Virus record (IMG/VR): IMGVR_UViG_3300027674_000002
From: a virus
Reading direction: 5' to 3' (one strand)
Length of the DNA: 45,465 nucleotides
Shown: in pieces, positions 22,111 to 29,907 of the stretch
How positions within the stretch are numbered: position 1 is the stretch's first letter
Layout of the letters: every line of letters begins with the position of its first letter
Program-made: the position numbers and the translations under genes
The notes under the pieces: model-generated
Database searches by the model: none
What the model was told of the DNA's origin: nothing
The model's input: the letters and a program-made list of their open reading frames with translations, nothing else

Positions 22111-22376
22111 GACGGCGCGACCAGCTTCACGACAAATTTGCGATGCGCTTCGGTGAGCACCTGCCAGAACGTCCAATCCTGGTGCTCGACGGCGATCGCG
22201 CTCATATAGCCGAGAAGCAGCGCGGCGGTCGTCGTGTGCTTGAACATTTGCTGGCCGTTCAGGGTGACGGTGATCGGCTTGATCGTGTCGACCATCCAGT
22301 CGAGGTCGGCGCGTTGCTGCTCATTGATCAGTCTGGCGAAGCGTTGCGATCCGGTGGGAACGTCGGGGTTGGCCAT
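22107..22376 (-). CDS. hypothetical protein (89 aa)
   Basis: ORF track. Leader CAAGGGAAAGGAATCG upstream. Confidence 0.5.
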   Translation of the reverse strand: MANPDVPTGSQRFARLINEQQRADLDWMVDTIKPITVTLNGQQMFKHTTTAALLLGYMSAIAVEHQDWTFWQVLTEAHRKFVVKLVAPS

Positions 22377-22418
22377 CGAGGACGATTCCTTTCCCTTGCG
22401 TTTGCGGATAGGAAGAAA

Positions 22419-22454
22419 CCGGGCTCGCCCGCATCCGCAGGCAGTCGAGCCCGG
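22419..22454 (-). terminator. possible intrinsic terminator/attenuator (9-bp GC stem followed by UUUCUUCC)
   Basis: CCGGGCTCG-N18-CGAGCCCGG, then TTTCTTCC on the minus strand. A second stem (22403-09 / 22433-39) interleaves with it. Confidence 0.35.
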
Positions 22455-22482
22455 CGCCAGTTCTGAGAGGGCGAAGAGCTAT

Positions 22483-22803
22483 CTATGTTCCGCCGGCGGC
22501 TGCGGCCAGACGCGGCGGCAGATGCCAGGTCCCAGGAACGAGCACCGCATTTCCCCCCAGGGTGTGCGGCACTTCGTTGTAGGGAATGTCGTCGATCCAA
22601 AGCGTCCCGGTCCGCAGCAGGTCGGTGCGGACCTCGGCGTCAAGGCGCTCCGCATCATTAGGCCCATCGAAATGCAGCGTCCCATTGATGCTCCCGCCCA
22701 GGTCGATTCGCGTAACGATCAGCGGGCGAACTTCGCGATTTTTCAAAACAAACAAAACGGTGTCTCCCGGCTGCAGGAGTTTCATTGCGTCTGTCTTGTT
22801 CAT
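22483..22803 (-). CDS. hypothetical protein (106 aa)
   Basis: MNKTDAMKLLQPGDTVLFVLKN... GGAGAAAAGC Shine-Dalgarno. Confidence 0.5.
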   Translation of the reverse strand: MNKTDAMKLLQPGDTVLFVLKNREVRPLIVTRIDLGGSINGTLHFDGPNDAERLDAEVRTDLLRTGTLWIDDIPYNEVPHTLGGNAVLVPGTWHLPPRLAAAAGGT

Positions 22804-22948
22804 GCTTTTCTCCTTCGCGTGAAACATTTCGGCGAAACGATGCCTGCGGCCCGCGCGGACCGGCGCGTCTTTCGGGAGCGAAACCGCAGGGTCACGCCGA
22901 GCGAGCGAGCCGCACTGCCGCTGTTTGTAGCACCGGATATCTCGGGAG

Positions 22949-23209
22949 TCAATTACTTGCTGAGGAGTTGTTGGATATGGAGGGACTCTGGCGCTCCCAG
23001 GGGTCGGGAGCGCGCGGCCGCACGAACGCCTCTGGCACGATCTCGCGGAGGAGCGTGTCGCGCCAGTTGAAATAATAGAGGCACCGCGGGCAGTAGGCCT
23101 TCCCGCTCAGCCAGTGTTTGAAGAAACCGTGGATCAGGCCGGTCGAGTAGCCGAGAGCGAAGATGACGAAGATCCATCCGACGGTGGGAAGTGAATTCCA
23201 GTGGTCCAC
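22949..23209 (-). CDS. single-pass membrane protein (86 aa)
   Basis: ORF track (GTG start). TM segment LPTVGWIFVIFALGYSTGLIHGFF. Confidence 0.5.
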   Translation of the reverse strand: MDHWNSLPTVGWIFVIFALGYSTGLIHGFFKHWLSGKAYCPRCLYYFNWRDTLLREIVPEAFVRPRAPDPWERQSPSISNNSSASN

Positions 23210-23268
23210 GGCGCGAATCCTCCATTTCGAAGCGTCAGCCCGATTTTATTTTCAGGTCGAGTCCGTTT

Positions 23269-23430
23269 TCAACCGGATTTTTCAAACCACCGCCCCAAAA
23301 AGAAAGCCCCTGTCCCGACGACCAGGCAGGTCATGATCGCGGGATGGTGGAACGACGCCAGGATCGCGCCGATGAGAAGCACAACGCATCCGCCGGCCTC
23401 GAGCGTGACTCCGAATTGAGGCCGCGTCAT
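23269..23430 (-). CDS. small 2-TM membrane protein (53 aa)
   Basis: MTRPQFGVTLEAGGCVVLLIGAILASFHHPAIMTCLVVGTGAFFLGRWF. Confidence 0.4.
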   Translation of the reverse strand: MTRPQFGVTLEAGGCVVLLIGAILASFHHPAIMTCLVVGTGAFFLGRWFEKSG

Positions 23431-23438
23431 TTCGCGCC

Positions 23439-23642
23439 TCAGTAGTGCCTGGGCCGGCCGACGGGAACGCCCGAGAGATAGCTGAACAGCCCGAAAAGGC
23501 TCAGCAGCCAAACGACCACCGCGATGACCACGACCCAGTTCAGGATCAACTTGATCTTCGCATCCATCGGGACGAAGCGATTCACCAGGTACAGCAGCAC
23601 ACCGACAACGATCAGGATCAGCACAACGTGGAGAAGGTCCAT
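23439..23642 (-). CDS. Thivi_2564-like small membrane protein (67 aa)
   Basis: MDLLHVVLILIVVGVLLYLVNRFVPMDAKIKLILNWVVVIAVVVWLLSLFG matches a recurrent phage/bacterial small-membrane-protein family, recalled from memory. Confidence 0.6.
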   Translation of the reverse strand: MDLLHVVLILIVVGVLLYLVNRFVPMDAKIKLILNWVVVIAVVVWLLSLFGLFSYLSGVPVGRPRHY

Positions 23643-23691
23643 AACTTTTTCCTTTCTGTCGCGGCGAGCTGGCTCGCCGGAGATTGTAACC

Positions 23692-24375
23692 CTATTTGCA
23701 ATGACCGGAGATACAAACGGCAGCAGCCGTCGCGGCACCGGTGATGAGAATAGTCACCACCTTGCTCTTGAACCGCGACCAGAATGAGCCACCGCTCGCG
23801 GTATCCTTCCACTTGTCGCGCTCTTCCGTGCGGGTCTTCAGGTCGATGAGCCCGAGCCTCCTGCTGTCCTCTGAGTCGGATAGCTGCTTGGTGACGTTGG
23901 CGAGCTGGTCAGCCGTGCTCTTGAACCTTATCTCACAGTCCTCGCACTTCTTCTCGTAGGCCTGGAGCTCGGCTTTCGGCACCTCAAGGGTCGGGGCGGC
24001 TGCCGTTCCGCCAACCTTTGTCTCCCCGGACTTCAATGCCAGCAGGACGTCGGTCAGCGAGGCGGCCTGCGCGGGTGTCTGCGCGCGGGCGAACCTGGCA
24101 TCGTTCGCGGCCTGCTGCCGCGCCTGGTCCGCCTTGATCTGCTCGATCTGCGCGGCGAGCAGCTTCAACTGCAGGTCGTTCTGTTTGATCACCGTGTCGT
24201 TTTGCGCGATAACCTTCTCGTCCGCAGCCTGGGTGGCCTTCGCAGCGGCCATGTCCGCGCGGGAGGAGACATACGACCATAGAGCGACCGCCGCGGCGAT
24301 GGCCAGCGCGAGCTCGAGCGCGATGCGCCAGGTGACCTTGACGTGCGGCGGAGTAACAACTTGAACAGCGTCCAT
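23692..24375 (-). CDS. membrane-anchored coiled-coil protein (227 aa), spanin-like candidate
   Basis: N-terminal TM IALELALAIAAAVALWSYV, long coiled coil, hydrophobic Cys-containing C-tail VVTILITGAATAAAVCISGHCK. Confidence 0.5.
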   Translation of the reverse strand: MDAVQVVTPPHVKVTWRIALELALAIAAAVALWSYVSSRADMAAAKATQAADEKVIAQNDTVIKQNDLQLKLLAAQIEQIKADQARQQAANDARFARAQTPAQAASLTDVLLALKSGETKVGGTAAAPTLEVPKAELQAYEKKCEDCEIRFKSTADQLANVTKQLSDSEDSRRLGLIDLKTRTEERDKWKDTASGGSFWSRFKSKVVTILITGAATAAAVCISGHCK

Positions 24376-24548
24376 CAGATGTATCCCTTCCGTTTCAATT
24401 CGAAATAAAAAAACGCGTCGCCGACGAAATGCCCGGCGAAGCCGATGGCGAAGACGGCTCGCCCGGGCGATCCGGGGATGAATAGGCCGACGAGCCCGAC
24501 GATGAAGCCCGCGATCTGCGCGGCCAGGATCCTGTTTTCGATGGTCAT
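24375..24548 (-). CDS. small 2-TM protein (57 aa), holin/antiholin candidate
   Basis: MTIENRILAAQIAGFIVGLVGLFIPGSPGRAVFAIGFAGHFVGDAFFYF. Confidence 0.45.
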   Translation of the reverse strand: MTIENRILAAQIAGFIVGLVGLFIPGSPGRAVFAIGFAGHFVGDAFFYFELKRKGYI

Positions 24549-24754
24549 CAGTTTTTGCTCTTCAGTTTGTCGATGTTGGCGGCCACCATGTGCATCAGGT
24601 TGTACCAGAATATGTAGAAGCGGCCGCTCGAGGGCGTCGGCGAGGGGACGTACACGGTGACATAGGCGCTGAACGTCCAGCCGAGGAGCAGCGCCACGGC
24701 AATCTGGTGGGCGCAGATCAGCTTCCAGAGCCACAGGGCAACGTGGGCCGTCAC
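24548..24754 (-). CDS. small 2-TM protein (68 aa), holin candidate
   Basis: GTG start forms a GTGA overlap with the endolysin stop. VALWLWKLICAHQIAVALLLGWTF and FYIFWYNLMHMVAA. Confidence 0.5.
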   Translation of the reverse strand: MTAHVALWLWKLICAHQIAVALLLGWTFSAYVTVYVPSPTPSSGRFYIFWYNLMHMVAANIDKLKSKN

Positions 24755-25227
24755 GCGACCGCCCAATCGATGTATCCGCTCGCGTTGTGCGTGGCGCCTT
24801 CCTTGGCCTCGCGCGCCGCTGCGTCGCGGTTCCAGGAAATGTGGATGATTTCGCGAAGTTCACCTGATTCTGGGGCGCCGTGCTCGAGCGTCACGATGTG
24901 AAACGGCAATCCGGAGCTGAGCCGGATCCAATCGAAGACCGGCCGCATGTCGGGCTCGAACGACGCGATCTTCCAGTCCGCGGCGCAGTAGTCGGCCGTG
25001 GCGACGTGCTCGCTGTGCGCGTTGCCGTGGGCGTCGGCGTTGCCTTCCGGCGTGCGGTAGCCGGAAGTGATTTCCATCGCTTCTCCGAAATGCGCGCGGA
25101 TGGGCTCGAGGATGTTCTCCGCGAGAAACGCGAACGCCGCAACGCATTCCTCCGGCATCGGACCTTCGAGCTCGAACTCCTTGCGCGTGAAATTCTCGCT
25201 GAGCTGGTTTGCAGTTTCGTCTTGCAT
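24751..25227 (-). CDS. endolysin, zinc peptidase M15 family (158 aa)
   Basis: FTRKEFE...LEPIRAHFGEAMEITSGYRTPEGN...HSEH...AAD matches the Peptidase_M15_3 pattern. Strong TAAGGAG Shine-Dalgarno. Confidence 0.8.
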   Translation of the reverse strand: MQDETANQLSENFTRKEFELEGPMPEECVAAFAFLAENILEPIRAHFGEAMEITSGYRTPEGNADAHGNAHSEHVATADYCAADWKIASFEPDMRPVFDWIRLSSGLPFHIVTLEHGAPESGELREIIHISWNRDAAAREAKEGATHNASGYIDWAVA

Positions 25228-25245
25228 GTGATTTTCTCCTTAGTG

Positions 25246-25353
25246 TTACCAGTCTTGAACGATATCCACGAGCACCTTCGCGGCTAGCCAGACGACGAAA
25301 AGAACGGATCCCGAAAAGGCCGCGATCTGCCACAAGCGCCAGTCGACCTTCAA
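25246..25353 (-). CDS. possible tiny membrane protein (35 aa, TTG start)
   Basis: Hand-translated KVDWRLWQIAAFSGSVLFVVWLAAKVLVDIVQDW. The TTG overlaps the upstream TGA. No independent support. Confidence 0.25.
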   Translation of the reverse strand: MKVDWRLWQIAAFSGSVLFVVWLAAKVLVDIVQDW

Positions 25354-25862
25354 CGGGGTATGCGCCAAAAAATCGCGGCGACTGCGGTCAAGAACATCAA
25401 AATTGCGAACACTCGCTCAAAAGTCCACTGTGCTTGCATGCTCCCGGCTTCTCGTTCCTTCTGTTTCCCGTTGATAATTTCCGTCTTCAGGTCGTCGAAT
25501 TTTTCCGCCCACGCTCTGAACTCCCGCTCGCATTCGGTGCGCGGCATCATCAATTCCTGTTTCTTCAGGATGTCGTTATGGTTGGTGTTGTAGGCCGTCT
25601 GCGCGTTTTCGGATTTGGTGATGGCCTCTTTGCCTGCCGCGGACGTCGCATCGTTTTTTGCGTTGGCGGCGGCCAGAGCGGCCTCCAGGGCCGTCTTCTG
25701 CGAGTCCGACCGCTCTTTGTAGAGAGCGTGGCGCTCGTTCATCAGATCCCGGAGGCTTTCGACCTTTTCAAGCAGCCACAGTTTTACGCCGTCAAGTTCG
25801 GAGGTCAGCTCTCTGAGCGATGGTTCGTGCGTCCTCCCGTTTTGGTCTTTGTCGTTGTTCAT
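25350..25862 (-). CDS. coiled-coil protein with a C-terminal TM anchor (170 aa)
   Basis: ORF track. C-terminal VFAILMFLTAVAAIFW. Confidence 0.55.
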   Translation of the reverse strand: MNNDKDQNGRTHEPSLRELTSELDGVKLWLLEKVESLRDLMNERHALYKERSDSQKTALEAALAAANAKNDATSAAGKEAITKSENAQTAYNTNHNDILKKQELMMPRTECEREFRAWAEKFDDLKTEIINGKQKEREAGSMQAQWTFERVFAILMFLTAVAAIFWRIPR

Positions 25863-26173
25863 ACGATGGCCGCCTGGGGACCGCTCATGGCCACTTGCCA
25901 GGCGGCCGCGTCGGCGACCTTCTGGCGATATCCGTCAAGCTGCGCCTGGAGCGCGGCGGCGGTCGTCAGCTCGATCGGCCCCGTGCCATTCGCGCCGATC
26001 GCATGGCGCTCCGTATAGATATGCGGTGGCGTTCCGGGAATCGTCGCGGTGATCTCGTACACGATGGGATTCGAATCGACCTGCACCGTGTCGACCGCGA
26101 TGTTCACGCCCGGCAGGTTCACGGACGTGAGCGTCTTTGTCGCAAATGTTTTCGGCGTAACAGAAAGGCCCAT
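25859..26173 (-). CDS. hypothetical protein (104 aa) downstream of the host-specificity gene
   Basis: ORF track. The GGAG Shine-Dalgarno is formed by the 3' tail of hairpin copy C. Confidence 0.5.
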   Translation of the reverse strand: MGLSVTPKTFATKTLTSVNLPGVNIAVDTVQVDSNPIVYEITATIPGTPPHIYTERHAIGANGTGPIELTTAAALQAQLDGYRQKVADAAAWQVAMSGPQAAIV

Positions 26174-26181
26174 GAATTCTC

Positions 26182-26224
26182 CATTCGCGCCAAGCTGCCC
26201 TTACCGGGACACGTTGGCGCGGTT
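26182..26224 (-). repeat. structured hairpin repeat, copy C
   Basis: Sense strand AACCGCGCCAACGTGTCCCGGTAAGGGCAGCTTGGCGCGAATG. Confidence 0.85.
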
Positions 26225-26226
26225 CT

Positions 26227-29200
26227 TTACCTCAATCCGCCGCGCCCGCCCCCGGCGCCCGGAGGGTCTCCGCTCACGCCTCCTCCGCCGCCGGCCGTGG
26301 TGATCTTTCCGAAATAAATCCGCCCGTTGTTCGCGTAGACGTCCGATTCGGTGAGCGTGGCCACATAAGTCACCGCGCCGCCCGCATACGTCGGGTCATC
26401 CGCATAGACGAAATAGGTTCCGTAAGCGCCCGGAGTCACCGAGCCCGAGTTGTAGCCGACCTGGCCGTCGCCGTACTGCATCGTGGACGCCGCGACGTTG
26501 ATCGTGTGCGTCGTGCCGGATTGCGAGAGCGCGGCGCCGCCTGTGGAGTGTCCGCTCGTGTTGATGGGCGTCAGGTCGAACGCCGTGGCCTGGTAGACAA
26601 GCATCAGGTCGTCGAAGCGCAGGTCGGCGCAGCTGATGCCGCCGGATCCCGCAGGTGTGGAGACCGGAGAGCCCGAGGTATTCTGGATGAACCCGGCGCA
26701 TTGCACGCGAGCGTACGCGGCGGTCGCATCGGTGATGGTTACGGCCGCTTGTTGAACGCGAAAAGAGGCCGACTGGCTATTCACGAGATCCGCGACCAGC
26801 TCGTTGATCACCGTATCCGCCGCATTGAAAATAAGCAGGCCGACTCGTTGAATGATGGATATCCCGGCGGGAATTCCCGCGGCAAACGCCCATTTCGTGT
26901 ATCCGTGAATTCGAATGATGTCGCCCTGCCGAATCGGAATTTTTCTCGATTGCACGGCGGCCTTGTACTGCGGGCTGGTGGCTCCGATGGAAATGGAAGG
27001 GTTGACGCGCAGATTGATCCCTCCCGATCCAGTTCTCGCGTATCCTCCCGCGTCGTCGTAGATCACGCCCCAAAGGCCCGGCACGGTATTGTCTTTGTTC
27101 CTGACGGTCCAGCCGTCGCTCGCCGAGGCGCCAATCGCCAAATCGACGTCCACCGCGCTTCCGCCGGTGTTGAATTCGAAGCCCGGGTTTGGGCACATAT
27201 TTTTGCCGTTGCTGCCTGGGCGTCCATAGGTGATTCCATCGCCGATGCTATCGATCGTCACGGCCGTGCCCGTCGCGGTGACGCTGCCCGTGACGGCCGC
27301 GCTGTTCACGCCGGCATGGTTCTGCGCCCACATCTGGATGTCGTATTGAATCCCGTCGAGGACTGGGCCGATCTGCGCGACGGTGACGCCGCCCGCGAGT
27401 TTCCCGATGTCGGTCCACAGGGAATCCGTGTGCTTTTTGTACTGCACGATGATGTGCCCGCCCGCGATAACGAACTGGTCCGCCGGCGCGGTCCAGGCCA
27501 GAGCGATGAAATTCGTACGGATGCCGTCGGCGGTGCGAACGATCTCAGCCGCGCTCACCATCACGGACGTCGGCGGCTGGCAGACCAGGTTGCTCGGCAG
27601 GACCGTCGTCGGCGCCGCGTTGATGGCGACCTCGTCGGCCGTCGTCCAGTCGTAGATCGTGGAATCGGCTTCGCGCAGCGTCATGTCCACGCCGACGGCC
27701 ATCGCGCTCTGGCTGTCCGCGCCGTAAACCAGCGTGCACGCGGTGACCTCGAAAGTTTTATTCACCCACCCGAAGCGCGGATGCGAAAACTGGATGACGT
27801 CGAGCGCCTGCGCCTGGTAGGCGGTCAGCTTGAACTGCGCCTGCACGGTGATTTGGTGGCGCACGCGGCGCAGCGCGATCTTCGAAAGCCGCTGCGCGGT
27901 CGCGCCCGACGTCGTGAACGGCAATTCCACGTCCAGCCACAGCGGCTCATTGTTATCTTCGAGCAGATAAGCCGGCGACTGGAACGGCGGGTAATCGGAG
28001 ATCTGCCAGTTGTTCAGCGGCGAAATGTAGGTGCCCTTCACGCCGTTGTAGAGGTCGCGATGCGTCAGCCGCGTCTGCACGGTGAAGGCGGCGCGCAAAT
28101 CGGAATCGCTGAGGCTGATGGTCGGCGCGCGCCAGATCCCCGGGAAAATTCCCCACAGGCCCGCGACATAGAGCACCGAACCGGCCATGGCGGAATTCAT
28201 CCTGCCGACCACGGCCGCGGGCGCTTCGCTCGTGTCGAAGCTCCCGTTGATGGTGAAGCGCGGCTCGGTTCCTCCGGCGAGGATGTTCACGGCCTCGTCG
28301 GAAGTATTCGCCGCGGCGATGAGCTGCACGCTGTCCACGTCGCTCGAGTAAAACTCCAGCTCGTTGACGAACCCCGCCTCGGTGATCGTCGCGTCCGCTT
28401 TCACTCTCCAGTAGCGGTGCGCTCCGTTGGGCGCGAGCTCCACGTCGTTCCATCCGATGATGTCCGGCAGGAAAGCCGCCGAGGCCGTCGTCCAGGTGGA
28501 ATTGTTGTCGGAAAATTGAATGTCATAGGTCTGCACTTGCCCCGTGACGCTCAGAAACATCCGGCAGCGGCGGAATTCCGCGGCGATGCCGGCGCCGAGG
28601 TCGAGCGAAACGGTCGAGCCGCTGTTCGTGGTGTTGTTGCTCCATCCATTTGTCGTGGTGTCGCCGTCAATGAGCTGCGCGGCGTTGAAATTCGAAAACC
28701 CGGAATTCGTGAACATCCCCGCGGCCAGCGGATATTTCGTCTGCGCCACGAGCCCGAACGCCGCATTGTTCAGATAGTCCGCGATGCACAGCGCCGCGTT
28801 CGCGCTGTAGGCGATCGTTCCCGTGCGCGGGTCATAGACTTTGCGGCCCTGCACGTCGAAAGTGATGTTCGGCACGCCGTTCGGAAATTTGTTGACGTCC
28901 CAGGTGAGCGCCACGTAAGCGCCAGCGCATCCGCGCTGGCGGTGCGCCGCGGTCCAGAAGGCCGGCGCGGCCGCGATCAGGCCGGGGAAGCTGGCCTGCC
29001 CGCGCGTGCCGAGATTGAATTCCGCGTGCACGAAGCCCGCGAAATTTCCCGTGGCGTTGCCGCTGCCGTCGAGCGGCACGGCCACGCCGTCGAAATACAT
29101 CGTGTTGATGGCGAAGAATTCATGGCCGGAAAGAGAAATCACGATGTGGAGTTTTTCGTTGTTCGTTCCCGTGGTGTGCAGGAAGGTGATGATGCCGCCC

Positions 29201-29448
29201 AGGCGCCCCACGCCGTATTGCACGCGGCGCGGAGCGACAGCTTGCCGGGAAGTCACGGTGCGGCTCGCGAGCTGGCTGGTCAGCGAGGAGCTCGTCGGCT
29301 TGTTGCTGTTGGCGAACATCTTGCTGACTTCGCCGAGCAGCAGCGATGCGCCGACAGAGAGAAGCACCGGGGCGAGGAAGGCCGCAAACGCGGCGCTGGC
29401 GCCGAGGGCTTCGAGAACGAACACGATGGCTGCGATGACCGCCGGCAT
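26227..29448 (-). CDS. host-specificity / central tail fibre protein (gpJ- or RcGTA g15-like, 1073 aa)
   Basis: N-terminus VQYGVGRLGGIITFLHT..LHIVISLSGHE..GAYVALTW..FPNGVPNITFDVQGRKVYDPR (Phage-tail_3 pattern). Discoidin-like, FN3-like and CBM-like segments. Confidence 0.9.
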   Translation of the reverse strand: MPAVIAAIVFVLEALGASAAFAAFLAPVLLSVGASLLLGEVSKMFANSNKPTSSSLTSQLASRTVTSRQAVAPRRVQYGVGRLGGIITFLHTTGTNNEKLHIVISLSGHEFFAINTMYFDGVAVPLDGSGNATGNFAGFVHAEFNLGTRGQASFPGLIAAAPAFWTAAHRQRGCAGAYVALTWDVNKFPNGVPNITFDVQGRKVYDPRTGTIAYSANAALCIADYLNNAAFGLVAQTKYPLAAGMFTNSGFSNFNAAQLIDGDTTTNGWSNNTTNSGSTVSLDLGAGIAAEFRRCRMFLSVTGQVQTYDIQFSDNNSTWTTASAAFLPDIIGWNDVELAPNGAHRYWRVKADATITEAGFVNELEFYSSDVDSVQLIAAANTSDEAVNILAGGTEPRFTINGSFDTSEAPAAVVGRMNSAMAGSVLYVAGLWGIFPGIWRAPTISLSDSDLRAAFTVQTRLTHRDLYNGVKGTYISPLNNWQISDYPPFQSPAYLLEDNNEPLWLDVELPFTTSGATAQRLSKIALRRVRHQITVQAQFKLTAYQAQALDVIQFSHPRFGWVNKTFEVTACTLVYGADSQSAMAVGVDMTLREADSTIYDWTTADEVAINAAPTTVLPSNLVCQPPTSVMVSAAEIVRTADGIRTNFIALAWTAPADQFVIAGGHIIVQYKKHTDSLWTDIGKLAGGVTVAQIGPVLDGIQYDIQMWAQNHAGVNSAAVTGSVTATGTAVTIDSIGDGITYGRPGSNGKNMCPNPGFEFNTGGSAVDVDLAIGASASDGWTVRNKDNTVPGLWGVIYDDAGGYARTGSGGINLRVNPSISIGATSPQYKAAVQSRKIPIRQGDIIRIHGYTKWAFAAGIPAGISIIQRVGLLIFNAADTVINELVADLVNSQSASFRVQQAAVTITDATAAYARVQCAGFIQNTSGSPVSTPAGSGGISCADLRFDDLMLVYQATAFDLTPINTSGHSTGGAALSQSGTTHTINVAASTMQYGDGQVGYNSGSVTPGAYGTYFVYADDPTYAGGAVTYVATLTESDVYANNGRIYFGKITTAGGGGGVSGDPPGAGGGRGGLR

Positions 29449-29907
29449 TCAGATCCTCCACGCCCGCTCGCCTTCGCGGAGCGGAACTTCCGCGAGGCGC
29501 TCTTCCGCCGGTGCCCAGATGTCCACCCCATGCAAGGAAACAATGCCGAGCGATTCGCCGTGCTCGCGGTCAAGCAGCACGACGTCGCCGCGTTGCGCGA
29601 AAAGCGGCGGGATGCAGTGCAGGCCGAAGTCCGCGGCAATCATGTCGGCGAGCTCGCCGACCGTTTCCGCGCCGGCCTCCTGGAGCATTCGTTTCGCTTC
29701 GCGCGCGCTCGAATACCTGCCCCGGAAAGTTTCCGCCAGGTCCTCGCCCGTCATCGCCAGGACCGCGTCGCAGGCAAACAGGCAGCAATCGTTCACGCCC
29801 CATGCGAAAGGCATCTCGCGCCGCGATGCCACGAAGGCATCGAGAAGGGCCGGCCAGTTGTCATATCGCTTGACCATGTGTCGTTTGATTGCGCAAGGTG
29901 TGATCAT
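29449..29907 (-). CDS. NlpC/P60-like tail-associated cell-wall peptidase (gpK / RcGTA g14-like, 152 aa)
   Basis: PFAWGVNDCCLFACDAVLAMTGEDL ... AQRGDVVLL. ATGA overlap upstream. Confidence 0.75.
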   Translation of the reverse strand: MITPCAIKRHMVKRYDNWPALLDAFVASRREMPFAWGVNDCCLFACDAVLAMTGEDLAETFRGRYSSAREAKRMLQEAGAETVGELADMIAADFGLHCIPPLFAQRGDVVLLDREHGESLGIVSLHGVDIWAPAEERLAEVPLREGERAWRI

